Assembly (NCBI RefSeq): GCF_006345805.1
Contig: NC_043011.1
Span: forward strand, 37,708,464-37,772,463
Reading direction: 5' to 3'
DNA: 64,000 bases
Source: Octopus sinensis
Taxonomy: Eukaryota
Below the pieces are notes generated by a model. That model was not told the DNA's origin, made no database searches, and was given only the letters and a program-made list of their open reading frames with translations. The position numbers were made by a program, and so were the translations under genes. This document shows, piece after piece, positions 27,440-41,369 of this stretch; position 1 is the first letter of the stretch, and every line of letters starts with the position of its first letter.

Positions 27440-27625
27440 TATTGTAAATACAAAACAAGCACAAAAACAACAAGGCGAGGACGTGGTACATGTAAAGTAT
27501 TAGCAAACGCTTAGGGAAGGAAAGACAGATGGTTTAACGTTTCGAGCACAGCTCTTCTTCAGAAACAGAGGAAAGTCCTATGGAGGAGGATGATAAAGGA
27601 AGAAAACCCCGAACGATATAAATAT
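27440..27625 (-). mobile_element. Short Penelope-type terminal fragment with hammerhead
   Basis: Homologous to 27005-27190 and ends in (TA)n. Confidence 0.6.
27532..27566 (-). ncRNA. Minimal type I hammerhead motif, core intact
   Basis: GUUU-CUGAAGA-A-GAGC-UGU-GCUC-GAAAC-GUU-AAAC. All conserved core positions are present and stem III is the palindrome AACGUU. Confidence 0.7.
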
Positions 27626-27904
27626 ATATATCAGACCCCTATTTTTGAGTAAATAAGCGAGTAAACAGTGCTGACTATGTATGTTTTAGAAATATTGTTA
27701 GCACCCCACTATGCACATGTTTGTCTACAAATACACACCCACACATGCATATATATATAGATAGATAGATATACATATATATGTGTGTGTATAAATCTAT
27801 ATACGTATGCATATGTATATATATATATATATGTATGAATACATATATTCATATGTGTATATATATGTGTGTGTATAAATCTATACATACATATATATAC
27901 ATAT

Positions 27905-27951
<47 letters not shown>

Positions 27952-28537
27952 TCATATATACATGTATATATATATATAATATATATAATGTTTACATGTA
28001 TATATATATATAATATATATATATGATATGTATATATATGTATATATATAGAAAGAGAGAGTGTGTGAGGGAAAGCGTAGGGGGAAGAACGTAGACAGCG
28101 AAGGTGGAATGAGTCAGTGAGAGGAAATAAATTCTATTTTGTAATATCTTATTATCTTTCAGTGAATGAATTTCTTTTAAACTGCTGTCATTGTAAATAC
28201 GAGGAGGTCTTTCTAATCTAAGTTAAATGTGTGAAGATAGTTACAATAGAATCCTGTTTAACTGTCTCCTAAGATGATGTTGTTGCGAGTCAAGGAAAGA
28301 AATAATGAATTAATAATGCTGTTTCTACACTACTTCAAATGCTAATAGGAAATTTGGCTTGCGAGTTTTTAGAATCCCCAAATGCAGAATAATCACTAAT
28401 ATTATATCAAACTACATTGCTATTAGATTTCGTTTATAAATATATGCGTACACACAATCATACATACATACATACATACATACATACATACATACATACA
28501 TACATACATACATACATGCATGCATACATACACACAG

Positions 28538-28571
<34 letters not shown>

Positions 28572-28671
28572 TTTTTTTTTAGAGAAAGATACAAAGATAC
28601 GAAGAGAAACGTAGATAAACAGACAGATATACATATATGCATATATACCTATATACACACATATTTACTCG

Positions 28672-28735
<64 letters not shown>

Positions 28736-29447
28736 CGCACATATATAGACATACACGTATAAACATATACAGATTCACACACATTTATGTGTGTATACAT
28801 CTATGTATGTATGAATGTAAAATGCCGGCAGTATAAATACAAGATAGAAATATATGACAGTTCTGACATCAGACTGAGAGGATTTGTCTTCCAAACCAAT
28901 ATTCTCGTGATAACGGTGGACGTGCCTAATGTTATAGGGGCCAATTTGCCAACGACCTCATAAAACGACTCAAAGATTCTGGGAGTATAAAAATCACCAA
29001 TGGTGGTGTTGTGCGGTATGCTGGTGGTGTAGGTGTTGGTTGAGATATTGTTGGTGGTGGTAGTGCAAAAAGCATACAAAATACTATATTATCCAACGTA
29101 ACTAGGTTTTCTCCTTAAGACAGCAGAGTGCGTTTCGTGGACAGTTTGGATGCCACACAGAGAGAATCATTTGTTTGTTCTTAGTTTATCAGAGAGTAAG
29201 AGTAAGGCTATGTATACAGTACGGTGTGCTACAAGATTTGTGGTAGGTTAACATAAATCTCTCTACTGTGCTTCAATTTTTCTTATGACTAAGAGCAGTA
29301 GTTGACTTTGCACTGCATGTTGTTGTTATTTTTGCGATGTGGTCTCTTGTCGCTGCCTTAACTTGCTTGGTTGAATTTAGACTCGAGTCCTTAGCATGGT
29401 GTATACTCTTCTTTCTACAAATTTGGCGCGTTTAGCTATCCGAAATA

Positions 29448-30115
29448 TACAGGTTGTCCCAAAAGTCCCTGATGGGTTTGAAGATATAATAGCTTCGTTA
29501 ATTTTACAAATAACTGCATGAAATTTGAATACAATATTAAGGACATAAGATCCATTAATATACAGAAGTCAAAGTTTGCAACACCACTACATCACATATG
29601 AAAAACGATATCGCTTAAATGGCAGCCGTTTTAGGCTTCGCAGGCCCTAACTCTTACACCATACCACCCTCAAGATTTTCAGACCCCACTTCTCTGATTT
29701 CCCTATTAATGTTCTCCTTCAGTTGCACTAGAGTTTACGGATTTTGACGTAACATATTTGTTTGAAGTATCCTCACAACAAAATATCCGGTCTAGTCAAA
29801 TTGACATTGCCGTAGCGGGAGATTATTCTCTCTCTAAATCACTGTCGTAGCGACTGCATAGTTTCTCTTGCGGTATAAGCAGTTCCCCACATCTTGTCGT
29901 GTAAGGTCTACTTTGAATGGCCTTCACGTTCTCAAGACTTGACTAGCCCGGATTTTTTTCTTGGAGGGATACCTGAAATGGAGTGTTTACGTCAACACAG
30001 CTGAGACCCTGGTGCAACTGAAGGAGAGCATCAATAGAGAAATCAGAGAAGTAGGGTCTGAAACTCTTGAGGGTGTTATGCTGCAAGTTTTGGAATACGC
30101 TGTGTTGCACCAGAA
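29448..30115. mobile_element. Tc1/mariner-superfamily (Tc3/DD37D-like) relic made of two inverted 3' portions
   Basis: TA-CAGGTTGTCCCAAAAGT terminus. The plus strand gives EWPSRSQDLTSPDFFLGGYLKWSVY...LVQLKESINREI and the minus strand gives LVQLKENINREI...NGCHLSDIVFHM*. Inverted match at 29660-29750 vs 29985-30075. Confidence 0.8.
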
Positions 30116-32239
30116 CTGACACGAAAAATCTTTCCGTGAGAAAAGCCAAGTGCAGAATATAGATATTCTGTAATCACTATACTACACATGAAGATTGCAT
30201 TTAGTAGAAATTTACCGGTACCAAGTAAGATTCTAGAAATTCATTGCTTAATCATTTTGACATTCCATCCATATAACTTGTAAATCATTTGTTATGATAT
30301 CAAGCACTGTACTTTTGATATAATTAGCGATCTTATTTCAATGATTAGGCATTTTTAATATAACTCTTTAGTAAAAACATAATATTTTGGCTTGATATAA
30401 ATGTATGAGTGCCACCCCTAGGATATCAACACATGTCAACGTAAATCTCAAACCTCATTACTCTCTCTATGTTTAGACATGTAAGAATGGAACCAAAATT
30501 GTTTATACTATGCGCACAGATATGAAAACATAAGGCCAAAACGTTAACAGAATTTTCTTTTATGGAAAAGTCCATATTTTCTAACATGAAATTCCTAATT
30601 TCATAAAACTTCTCATTAATAGCCATCATATATATGTTATTAATTCCTGAAAGTCTCAACTCTTAACTCTTTTGCAAAAGCAAAATATTATAAAACATAT
30701 GAAAGTGGTTTAGTATCAATTCAAAGTAATGACTTCAAAATTGAGCGTCTACTTTGATTAAATACAATATGACATAAATTCATATTTCTTAATATATTAT
30801 GGTTGTGTACTAATGTTGGATGAAAGGGGTATTTATCAGGAATATTTACAAGCAATTTAAGTAGAAAAAACCTTTTGGTATGGATATTTTGAAAATATTA
30901 GGAACTTTTATGTAATTTGACACCCCTAATTAAAATAGTAATTTATGCACATTTAGATCAGGAATTATTTTTTTTTGTTTAAATCAAATAAAAATTTGTA
31001 TACTCAACTACAACAAACAGCAAAAAAATAATTTTCAGCAAGTTTTTTCATTTTGCCTCTTTTATGCATTTAGGTATCTTGGTTGTACTATTGATTATTT
31101 CTCTAAGTATTTCCTTGGATGTTACTATGATGACGTTTCTCCTCTAGTTCTCTTTCTCAAGATCTTTAAACATGTCACCCGCTTCTTTATCCACTCGCAA
31201 AGTTTCTCTGTTGAACGTTGTCTCTGTCATAATTCCATAAGTCTTTATATTCCAATAGCGTTTTTGCTACAATTGCTAAACTCTGGGGCTTACTACAATT
31301 GACTTGTTTCTCTATAATAATCAGTTCCCTAAGTTTCCTGTCTGTCAATATATTTTGAATTTACAGGCCCCTTGTTTTCCTTATTCGTAGTCCTTTACCC
31401 TACATTGGCCTCAGGGCTTGTTTGGTACGAAATCTGTAAAAATCAATTAGAGATTAATCATAAATAGGTAAGTATCTGTTATAACCAGTAAAATCTAAAT
31501 CAAGTAGTAGACATGTGAACAAATATAATCAATCCATGACCACCCCATATGAATTTTCATCACGCATATTCTACAATGTGTCTTTGTATTTGGACGATAG
31601 GGAACATGACTTTTAATAATAAACTATAATTTTAAAAATATCGCATTTAGTAGATCGAGTGAACGATCACATGCAACCTTGAAATGGAAAAAGAGTCAAG
31701 TTCTCGAGGATTTGCATGTAAAGTAAAGTGAAACGGGTGGAGGAATAGCAGAGGGGGTAGAAGAATGGACTGAGTGTGCAAAGTGGCTCTTTTGTTTTAC
31801 TTGGTTTTAACATCTTATTCAATGTAATTAGATCACACAGTCTAAATAGATTCTTAAACAGTATCATTGAGGAATAATTAAAAAAACAACAAATAACAAC
31901 ATCAGCAACAATAACCAAACCACTAACTAATATGCAACAAACAACTAAAAATATAAGTTAAAAATTGAAATAAAAAAATATTATAAAAGGAAAGAGCAGT
32001 ATTTATCCGATATTGTGAAAGCAATGTTTTTTTCGCTAACGAAGAGTCTTCGCTAATTATTGGCAAAAGTACAAAATATTAATTACTTCTTCAGTGAAAT
32101 TTCCTTGCTCCTACCATTAATTCAAAAGCAATTAAATTTACTTCGTGTACATTATTGGAAATTTATAATGATTTGAAAACTGAGGGAGGAAGAAAAATAC
32201 TAAAAGACAACACCAAGCACAAAGATACATAGAGATGCA

Positions 32240-32248
32240 TATATATAT

Positions 32249-32280
<32 letters not shown>

Positions 32281-32860
32281 CGAAAATGATAGGGTGAGAG
32301 AGAGGAAGTGAGACGTAGAGCAAAAGAGAAGACAAAATGGAAGAGAAAGAGGCAGAAAGAGGAAAGACAAAGGAAAAATGAGCAAGCGGGAATGGGAAAG
32401 TGTGTGAGTGTGAGAGAGGGAGAAAGAGAGAGAGAGAGAGACAGAGAGACAGAGAGAGAGTTAGAAGGTGAGAAACTCAGGACAGAAATAAAAAGAGACA
32501 GAGAGCGGGAGACAGAGAGATGAGGTGAAAGAGTGAAAGAGGGCGAGATGAAGTAGGGGAGAATGGAGATGTCATAGAGAGATGCACGAGGGAGAGAGAT
32601 TTAAATAGGAAAGAAGCTGAAAGATATTGCGATGGCGATTCTGGAAGCGGTGACAGGGACAATAATGTTAGTGATGGTGGTGGTGGTGGTGGTGGTGAGG
32701 TGGTAGAAGAGAATAGGTGATGGATGACGGTGGTGGTGAGGTGATGGTGACGGTGGTGGTGCAGGTGATGGTGGAAAATGATGGTAATGGGGATGTTTGA
32801 TGATGATAACAGTCCTGGTGGCGACGGTGGTACTGCTGCTGCTGCTGCTGTTGCGGTAGT
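32240..32860. repeat. Low-complexity (GA)n, (GGT)n and (GCT)n region
   Basis: Read directly. Confidence 0.9.
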
Positions 32861-33195
32861 GATGGTAGTGGCGTTGAAGGTGTTACAGATTCAACATGTT
32901 GTTAATCTGGATCTTCCAATAGGAATATTTCTACTAGAAATACATGCCATTATTTCTAAAATTGCTCATGCATTAAGGAAACTAAATTAACAATTTAACT
33001 TCGTGGCAATACAGTATCATGTTTAAACAAAAAAAAAAAACAAAAGCTAAGAATAAGAATGACAATCATAAAACATTTATTTCCTAAAAGAGTAGAATCA
33101 TCATCATCATCATCAGCAGCATCATCAGCATCATCATCATCATCATCATCATCATCGCCATCGTCATCATCTTCATTATCATCATCATCGTCGTC

Positions 33196-33246
<51 letters not shown>

Positions 33247-33249
33247 GTG

Positions 33250-33425
33250 AAGGCGGCGAACTGGCAGAATCGTTAGCACGCCGGGCGAATTGCGTGGTAT
33301 TTCGTCTGCCGTTACGTTCTGAGTTCAAATTTTGCTGAGGTCGACTTTGCCTTTCATCCTTTTCAGGGTCGATAAATTATGTACTTCATACCCCGAATTT
33401 CAGGATTTGTACCTATGGTAGAAAT
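33250..33425 (+). mobile_element. Deu/Nin-like SINE monomer
   Basis: AAGGCGGCGAACTGGCAGAATCGTTAGCAC...GTCGACTTTGCCTTTCATCC. Confidence 0.88.
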
Positions 33426-33443
33426 TATTATTATTATTATTAT

Positions 33444-33958
33444 TGAGTGAGAGAGCAGTGCATGCCATCAAAGTGACACTGGGGTAAAATATACGAAGCC
33501 CAATATACCCATCATGACTACCCGTCTGATAAGGGTACACCAGGCATATGAATCACAACCATACGTACGCGACATGGTGATCTCATATCAAGATAAACAG
33601 CGCATGACCTTGCAGGTGAGGCACAGTTAGAATTTTCGTATGGTCGAGTAGCCCATTCCGCTCAAAAGGTCCATGAATAAGGGTTGTTTAAGGATGTTGA
33701 ACAGACCACCCATGTTTCCAAATGTGAATTATCCAAACCTCCAAGAATTCCTTTCAACACACGGCTATGATGCTCCCCCACTACTTCTGCTCGTGATCAA
33801 AGATGCACATATCGTCAGCCACTAAGGGACATGCTCAACTGGTTAAGGTCAAACAAATGACAAGCAAATCTGTGGTATTGAGCAGAATATTTGCTGTAGC
33901 CCATCTTTTATACCAAGACATAACAATGTACATAACACTTCCAATCAGTTAAGATCAG
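33444..33958. mobile_element. Unclassified (TAT)n-embedded element, copy 2
   Basis: Colinear with 861-1375 and lacks the last ~40 nt of copy 1. Confidence 0.85.
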
Positions 33959-33971
33959 GTTATTATTATTA

Positions 33972-34079
<108 letters not shown>

Positions 34080-34084
34080 TATCG

Positions 34085-34295
34085 AAGCGGTGGCCTACCA
34101 GAATCGTTACTGCGTCGGACAAAATGCTTAGCGGCATTTCCTTTGTTTCTACGTTCTGTGTTCGAATTCCACCGTTGTCGATTTTCCCTTTCATCCTTTC
34201 GGTAATAAAATAAGTACCAATCTAGTACTGGGGTCAATGCAATCGTCTTACTCCCTCTCCGAAAATTTCAGGCCTCGTGCCTGTAGTAGAAAGGA
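34085..34295 (+). mobile_element. Deu/Nin-like SINE monomer (diverged)
   Basis: GAAGCGGTGGCCTACCAGAATCGTTA...TTTCATCCTTTCGG...AAATAAGTACC. Confidence 0.8.
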
Positions 34296-34849
34296 TTATC
34301 ATTATTATTATCATTATTATTTGTTTTGTTATTATTATTATCATTGTATATATATTCATTCATTTATTTAATTGCGGAATTCAATTAAACATAGGCATTA
34401 AAGTAAGGACATATGTTGGCAGCTTTCAATCTTGTGCATGGCAAAAAACGTGTGACATTTCGCTGGTGGGAACAACTACGTGCTACATAACATGCTAAGG
34501 ACTGTTCCCAAATCTTCCTTTCATCACAATCTGTATAACCTGTAGTAATAAAGAATGGTATTTTAATGTTTTACATTTTCTAACATACCGAGATCAAAAT
34601 ATAGATAATATGACGTTCCCTAATGAAATAACGTTGCTATTTGCGATACTTTTTTCTCCAAAATACAATTGTCCATCCCTGTGAACTTATCTCATTCGCT
34701 TTTGTCCTGATCCAAGTTTCACTCAAAATCTTTGAACAACTTGATAATACCCGCTGGATGCTAGCAACAGAAGGAAAAAAAATAAATGCGGTAACATAAG
34801 ATTCATGATTTTATGCCCTACTGTATCTAAAGCATCTTGTTTCATTTTT

Positions 34850-35262
34850 CTTTATTGCCCACAGGGAGCTGAACATAGAGGGAACAAACAAGGACTGACA
34901 AACGGGTCAAGTTGATTACATCGACCCCAGTGCGTAACTGATACTTAATTCATCGACCCCGAAATCATGAAAGGCAAAGTCGACCTCGGCGGGATTTGAA
35001 CTCACAACTTAACGGCAGACGAAATACCTATTTCTTTACTATCCACAAGGGGCTAAACACAGAGAGGACAAACAAGGACAGACAAACGGGTCAAGTTGAT
35101 TACATCGACTCCAGTGCGTAACTGATACTTAATTCATCGACCCCGAAATCATGAAAGGCAAAGTCGACCTCGGCGGAATTTGAACTCACAACTTAACGGC
35201 AGACGAAATACAGCTAGGCATTTCGCGCAGCGTGCTAATGTTTCTGCCAGCTCGCCGCCTAA
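34850..35262 (-). mobile_element. Dimeric Deu/Nin-like SINE with near-identical units
   Basis: 34885-35027 and 35068-35210 share private variants such as AAATCATG and CTCACAACTTAACGG. Confidence 0.9.
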
Positions 35263-35518
35263 GTATCTTCTTTCTCGAAATGAATTAAGAACTTAGATAA
35301 TTAGATTTCCTGGTTAATAATGGTATGAGTTTAATGAATGAAAAGTTCCTAGTGCATTAATGTGGAGAAATGTTAGATCTGTGAATATGTTGGATATATT
35401 GTTTCAAAAAATTTATTCTGATCTTTTTTCGATAAAGCTGTGCCAGTGAGAGAAGTAAGTTGGTAGAATACCTAAAAGTGCAGGCAATACCTTCTTCTGT
35501 ATGTTTCTAATATATATA

Positions 35519-36404
35519 TAAGGTCTGATCAATAAGTATCTCGACTGTTGCCATAGCAACAAAGATAAGGCACGCAGAGTAAAGCTGCTTGGCAAAGATT
35601 GACCTTGAACTCTGTTGTGCATGCGCACTAAGATTTGATGTTCTACCTCACTTTTGCTGTTTTACAGCAATGCTTGGAGAGAAGATGTGTAGCGTGTGAT
35701 CATCGCATTGACCATGACTGAGTAAATTGTCATGGCGATACCTGCTTAGAAGCCTACGCATAGTTGCAGAAAGTGTATGGAGATAAGTGTATGAACTGCA
35801 CACAAGTGTACGAGTGGATCACAAGTTCCCAAGTTGGTGGGAAAATGTCGATATTGGTGAACGTTCTGGGAGACCCGTAACCAGCAGATCTGAGAAAAAC
35901 ATCGCAGATGTGCGTGCAGCTGAGACGAGAAATCGTCGAATCACCATCCATGAGTTATCACAGGATGTACAGATTAGTTTCGGTTCAGTTCAGTCCATTA
36001 TCACTGCAGATTTGGGTATGAGACGCGTGTCTGCCAAATTTGAGCCAAAACTGCTTTCTGCTGTCCAAAAACGCACTTAGGATTCACTTGTTGCACAAGA
36101 TCACCTTTATTGTGTCCAGAACGATACAGATGTTATGAAAACTTTACGTAGGTCTCTACGTAGGCAGCTATCGCCAAGCTTTCGTCAAAACATTATGCAA
36201 ATTCTCTGCTCAACTATATCATGGTCAATGCGACGATCTCGCGCTACGCACCTTCTTTCCAAGCACTGCTGTAAACAACGAAATGAGCTAGAACGTTAAA
36301 ACTTAGTACGCATGCACAACAGGGTCCAAGGTCAGTATTTGCCGGGCGGCTTTTCACTGCATGCTTGACAACAGCCCGGATAATTATTGATTAGGCCACG
36401 TTTA
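35519..36404. mobile_element. Mariner derivative composed of two inward-facing 5' ends
   Basis: Arms at 35521-35750 and 36160-36400 are inverted. The plus strand gives KVYGDKCM...ERSGRPVT...RRITIHEL...LGMRRVSAKFEPKLL and the minus arm gives EQRICIMF. No catalytic domain. Confidence 0.88.
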
Positions 36405-36534
36405 TATATATATATATAAACTTAGATAAACTTAGATATGTTTCGACCAAAGATTGGTCCAGGCCATGTCTAACTTAATAGCACCACCTGATAGGATTAT
36501 TCGAATCCTGTTTAAGTCAAGTTTTGTTCAAGTA

Positions 36535-36594
<60 letters not shown>

Positions 36595-36639
36595 GTATAA
36601 ATTGTATATATAATATATACATATCGCATTTATTCTTTT

Positions 36640-37070
36640 TTCTGTAGGCGCAAGGCTCGAAATTCAGGGCGAGAGCGATGGTCGACTACATCGACCCCAG
36701 TGCGCAACTGGTCCTTATTTCATCGACCCCGGAAGGATGAAAGGCAAGTCGAACCTTTGTGGAATTTGAACTCAGAATGTAAAAACGGAAGAAATGCCGT
36801 ACGAATTTTGTCCAGCGTTTTAATTATTCGTGACCTTATAGATGGAAATAATCATGGTTTCAAATTTTGCCACAAGGGCAACAATTTTGTAGAAGCACTT
36901 AAATCGATTACATTAACCCCAGAGTTCAACTGGTACTTATTTTATCGGCCCCCAAAAGGATGAAAGGCAAAGGGAACATCGACGGAATTTGAACTCAGAA
37001 CGTAGCGAAGAACGAAATATCGCTAAGCATCTTGCCTGGCGTGCGAACGATTTTGCCAGCTCGCCGCCTT
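36640..37070 (-). mobile_element. Two diverged Deu/Nin-like SINE units
   Basis: Family motifs are present and the head ends at CCAGCTCGCCGCCTT near 37070. Confidence 0.8.
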
Positions 37071-39623
37071 AAATAATAATAACGAAATAGAACTTCACTC
37101 ATTTTTCTTGATAATGTCTTTTCTTTTTATGTACCCCTCACTTCTTTCCCTTTTTTTTCTTGCAAAGAATCCAAACTTCATTAATATGACTTGGAACCTT
37201 TCTGATTTAATTGAATTGAGAGCTTGACATTTACCAGGATAAATACGAACATTGTTTCTTAACAACTGGCCTACCTTCATGCTGTAACAGCTATGGAACT
37301 ATACTTATTTTCCTTGGTCTCCTTCTTATAACCCATATATACTCCTGGTTGCTTTTACGCAATGCAAAAGTTGCTCCTCCTCATTTGGACATGATCTCGC
37401 CGAGAAGCATCTAACTGAGAATACGAAATGTTCAGTGGGTAGTTGATACCTGTAGCTAACAGTTGCATACTGTCCTTGTCTTCCATATTGTGAAAGCTTA
37501 CCATAACGTTTAATCTAAATAGTGAAATTTTAAGACTTCATTTCTTTATGGGCACATATGAGATGATAAGAAGCGTAAGGCAATTGTGACGAGACATCAT
37601 TCGAGAGAAAATATTTCAAGGATTCTATGCATCTATAGTTCATATTGCGCCCCTATCAGGAATAATACTATTTATTATATCAAATGCATTTTTTTACTGC
37701 AGTTTCAGCTCATAGCTGCGGCCATGCTGATGGACCGTCGTTTTGCTACACTGTTATTACTGAGAGCCTCCTCCAATATGTGGAACTTGGTGAAGAATGG
37801 AGTTTGAGGTAGCTACCGTCATTTGCCCCTGTTGCCCTGAGGTAGGTACATCGGGGACTCTCGATAGGAAGGGGCATGTTTTCCCTGTTTTTTTTTTTTA
37901 GAGAGATGGCTTTCACAGAATCTTAACAGTGATATAGATATTTGATCCTGAAACCGCAATCCGCCAGTCACACCTGCCCCGGTAATAGTGTCAACAAGTA
38001 TCCGAGCAATTTGAGGCCCTTTGTCTTAGAAAAGCTTGGTAGCACAGAAAGACGGACTCGAATCCATGAGCAAATACTACTCCTTGTAAAAAATTATTTC
38101 TAAGTCCTGCATATGCCTTTGAAGATGCAGGGTTATACTTACCAAAGGACTTTACTATTTAATAAATGACTCACTTTACTATGATAATAGATAACTAATT
38201 TACTATGTAACACAAGAGTCATTTTACTATATAACCTAAAACTCTGCAACTCATACATGAGAAATGCGGAAATATTTGTTGTTGTCGTGTCGTATATCCA
38301 GGTTGGTAAATATTTAAACAACGTTACTCCATTAATCTTTAGTTTCCATTTATATTGGACACTATTATACCAAGAAAATGTCTATGTGAAATATGTAAGA
38401 TTTTTAGAATCATCAAACCCTTATCCATAGAAACAGCTGGTTTAAATATGTGTACGTATTTGTCTTTCATGTATAACTACTAAATGGGTGTACGTGTCTC
38501 TCTTTCAGTTATAACTAATAAAATATTTATGGAAAAAGTCACTCAAAATATTTAGTTACAATGTGCTTTCAGGCGTACTTATAACTTTATATAATAATCA
38601 GATTTTAAATATACCAAATATATTTACATAATATTTTAGCTATCAGAAATGATATAATTATGGACGTTTGGATACTTAAAATCTAATGCGGTGGTCTTCG
38701 TGATTTATCCTTTTACACTAAATTAGAAATAATGAATTCTTGTATTCAGCAAAAGAGCGAATGTATGAACAAAAAATTTAACAACAAGCCGTGATGGCAG
38801 CCCCTATGTAGTCACTCTATGTACGAGAAATAGAAGCGAAATAAAACAAACTTTCCTCAAATCACGTGCACACCAGTGAAGTGGCTGTAGTATTATTTAT
38901 GTCCTTGCACACTGGTAATGATACGAAAAATATTCGCGCACAGGATTTTAGATCAGAAATGTACTTGTTCACTTCGCATGGAAATTAAAAGAAAAGAATA
39001 GAATGGATGAGATTCTTGTTATGACTGGAAAACAATTACAGAGAAATTCACAAATATATTGTTGTTACCCTGCGTTAGGAATCAGTGATGTGTATAGAAA
39101 ATAAAAAACCTATGAATAACATATTTTCAAGGCACTCAATTATTAATGTAGATTTTACAGCTTTAAGCTATAATCTTCAAGATGCATGTTACAATGTAGA
39201 TTTTCCTCGTAAAGAATGGGTTTGGCGACATATTCACTAGCGCCCTAAAAAGAAGAGATACGTTTTATCCTGTTCTCCTTGAGATGCAGACATATTTTTC
39301 GTCATAAGTTGCCTGAATCAATGTTGAGCAACAGATACATAACAACATTAACAAAACGCTAAGAGCCTATGATAATTTTTCAAATGGTTCATGAAAATAG
39401 CTTGTAAAGCATTTTCTTGTAACCCGATAGATTTAAATGATATTTTGTAAAGGTTTTTCAACCATTATCGATATTATATTCGCAAAAGTTTGAGCAGTTA
39501 TCAAAAGTCTGAGATTGCAACACCACATACACACACACACACACACATATATATACATACATATATATATGTAAATACATATATATATGTAAATACATAT
39601 ATATACATGTATCTCTCTCTCTC

Positions 39624-39692
<69 letters not shown>

Positions 39693-40262
39693 ATATTTGG
39701 ATTTACTTCCCGCCAGTTCATTTTATTGTTCATTTTTGCGTCTTGAAATAAATCATGTATTTTGATGTTTTTTTATTACTGGTTTATAAAAACATAAACT
39801 AAATTTAGACAGCGGACATATTGGATTACAACCCGCAAGGTTATAGGAGATTATATCGACCGCAATACTAGCCTTTTTCTCGTTCAGTACCATAACACTA
39901 AAGAACCAGATCTGTTTATCAGATGTACACCATTAGTACACATTGCAATACTTTAGGACTGAACTTTGTAATTCTCTCATTACTTAATTAAAAGCAGTAC
40001 ATTTAGATTTGGAATGGAACAGGATGATTTTTCTTTCGGATTATCAAACCTGAAATCAAGAAGAGATGGTGGAACAGATTTTGATAAAGGCTAAAATAAT
40101 ACGGAACCACTGTTTTAGAATGTAAATTTTCCAGGTATTTTCTTTATTACACATTTTATCAAATGATAAATATGTAATCATTCTGGTTATGATAAAAAGT
40201 AGAATGATTTGGGGTGAAATTTGAGTTCATAACTTAAAGTAATTTCACTCTATGCGACCAAG

Positions 40263-40834
40263 TATTGGGTTGTCCGGAAAGTTCGTGCCGATTTATAGTA
40301 GCTTACATTTGAACTTATTTTAGAACGTGGCTGACTCCATAAAATAGGATTTGACTACACCTCTATTTACAGCACAGTTTAAGCTATCTTTTCGTGGAAG
40401 AAGTTTGATGTTCCTATAACCTGTGTTAATTTTGTAACCCTTCAAAATGGAAGACAAGAAAGTTCATTTTCGGCACTTGGTGCTTTCGGAACCAGACAAA
40501 AATTGCTGCAGCTCGGCTGTGATATGTTACCCCACCCTCCATATTCACCAGATATAGCTCCTTCGGATTTCCACTTATTCAGGTCTCTACAGAATAGTCT
40601 TAATGGTAAAAATTTCAATTCCTTGGATGACGTAAAAAGATACCTTGATGAATTCTTTGCCATGAAACCACATCAATTCTAGGGAAGATGGTATTTTCAA
40701 GTTAAAGGAAAGATGGAGACGCATTGTGCGACAAAATGGTTCATATTTGGTTGATTAAAAAATGTAATGCCAAGTATTTATTGACCTTTTTCTTTCCTTT
40801 AAAAATCATCGCGAACTTTCCGTACAACCCAGTA
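40263..40834 (+). mobile_element. Internally deleted non-autonomous mariner (mellifera-like), copy 1
   Basis: TA-TTGGGTTGTCCGGAAAGTTCG and CGAACTTTCCGTACAACCCAG-TA TIRs. MEDKKVHFRHL is fused to TRQKLLQLG...PHPPYSPDIAPSDFHLFRSL. Confidence 0.93.
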
Positions 40835-40899
40835 GTAGATGCGACGCTTTACCGATTATGCCTTTCATCTTCACTACATTTCAAACTTTTTGTACGTTT

Positions 40900-41321
40900 A
40901 TTACTCTTTAGTCTTCTACTCTTTTACTTGTTTCAGTCATTTGACTGCGGCCATGCTCGAGCACCACCTTTAGTCGAGCAACTCGACCCCGGACTTATTC
41001 TTTTTGTAAGCCCAGTACTTATTCTATCGGTCTCTTTTTGCCGAACTGCTAAGTGACGGGGACGTAAACACACCAGCATCGGTTGTCAAGCAATGCTAGG
41101 GGAACAAACACAGACACACAAACACACACATATATATATATATATATATACATATATACGACGGGCTTCTTTCAGTTTCCGTCTACCAAATCCACTCACA
41201 AGGCATTGGTCGGCCCGGGGCTATAGCAGAAGACACTTGCCCAAGATGCCACGCAGCGGGACTGAACCCGGAACCATGTGGTTGATTAGCAAGCTACTTA
41301 CCACACAGCCACTCCTGCGCC
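40900..41321 (-). mobile_element. Full-length GGCGCAGGAGTGGC-headed SINE
   Basis: tRNA-like head, GGGCAAGTGTCTT core, internal (TA)(TG) tract and GTAAAAGA tail. Confidence 0.92.
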
Positions 41322-41369
41322 TTGTCTAAGAAAACTAATACAATGCGACTAGGAAATAAAATTTTGATA

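Noticed and set aside
36425-36480. Minus-strand GACCAA(UCU)UUGGUC-GAAAC-AU-AUC hairpin
   Set aside because: No CUGANGA box upstream, so it was not counted as a hammerhead.
38145-38235. Four degenerate 24-nt units containing TTTACTAT
   Set aside because: An ordinary decayed minisatellite. The variable parts are too short and similar to be CRISPR spacers, and the context is eukaryotic.
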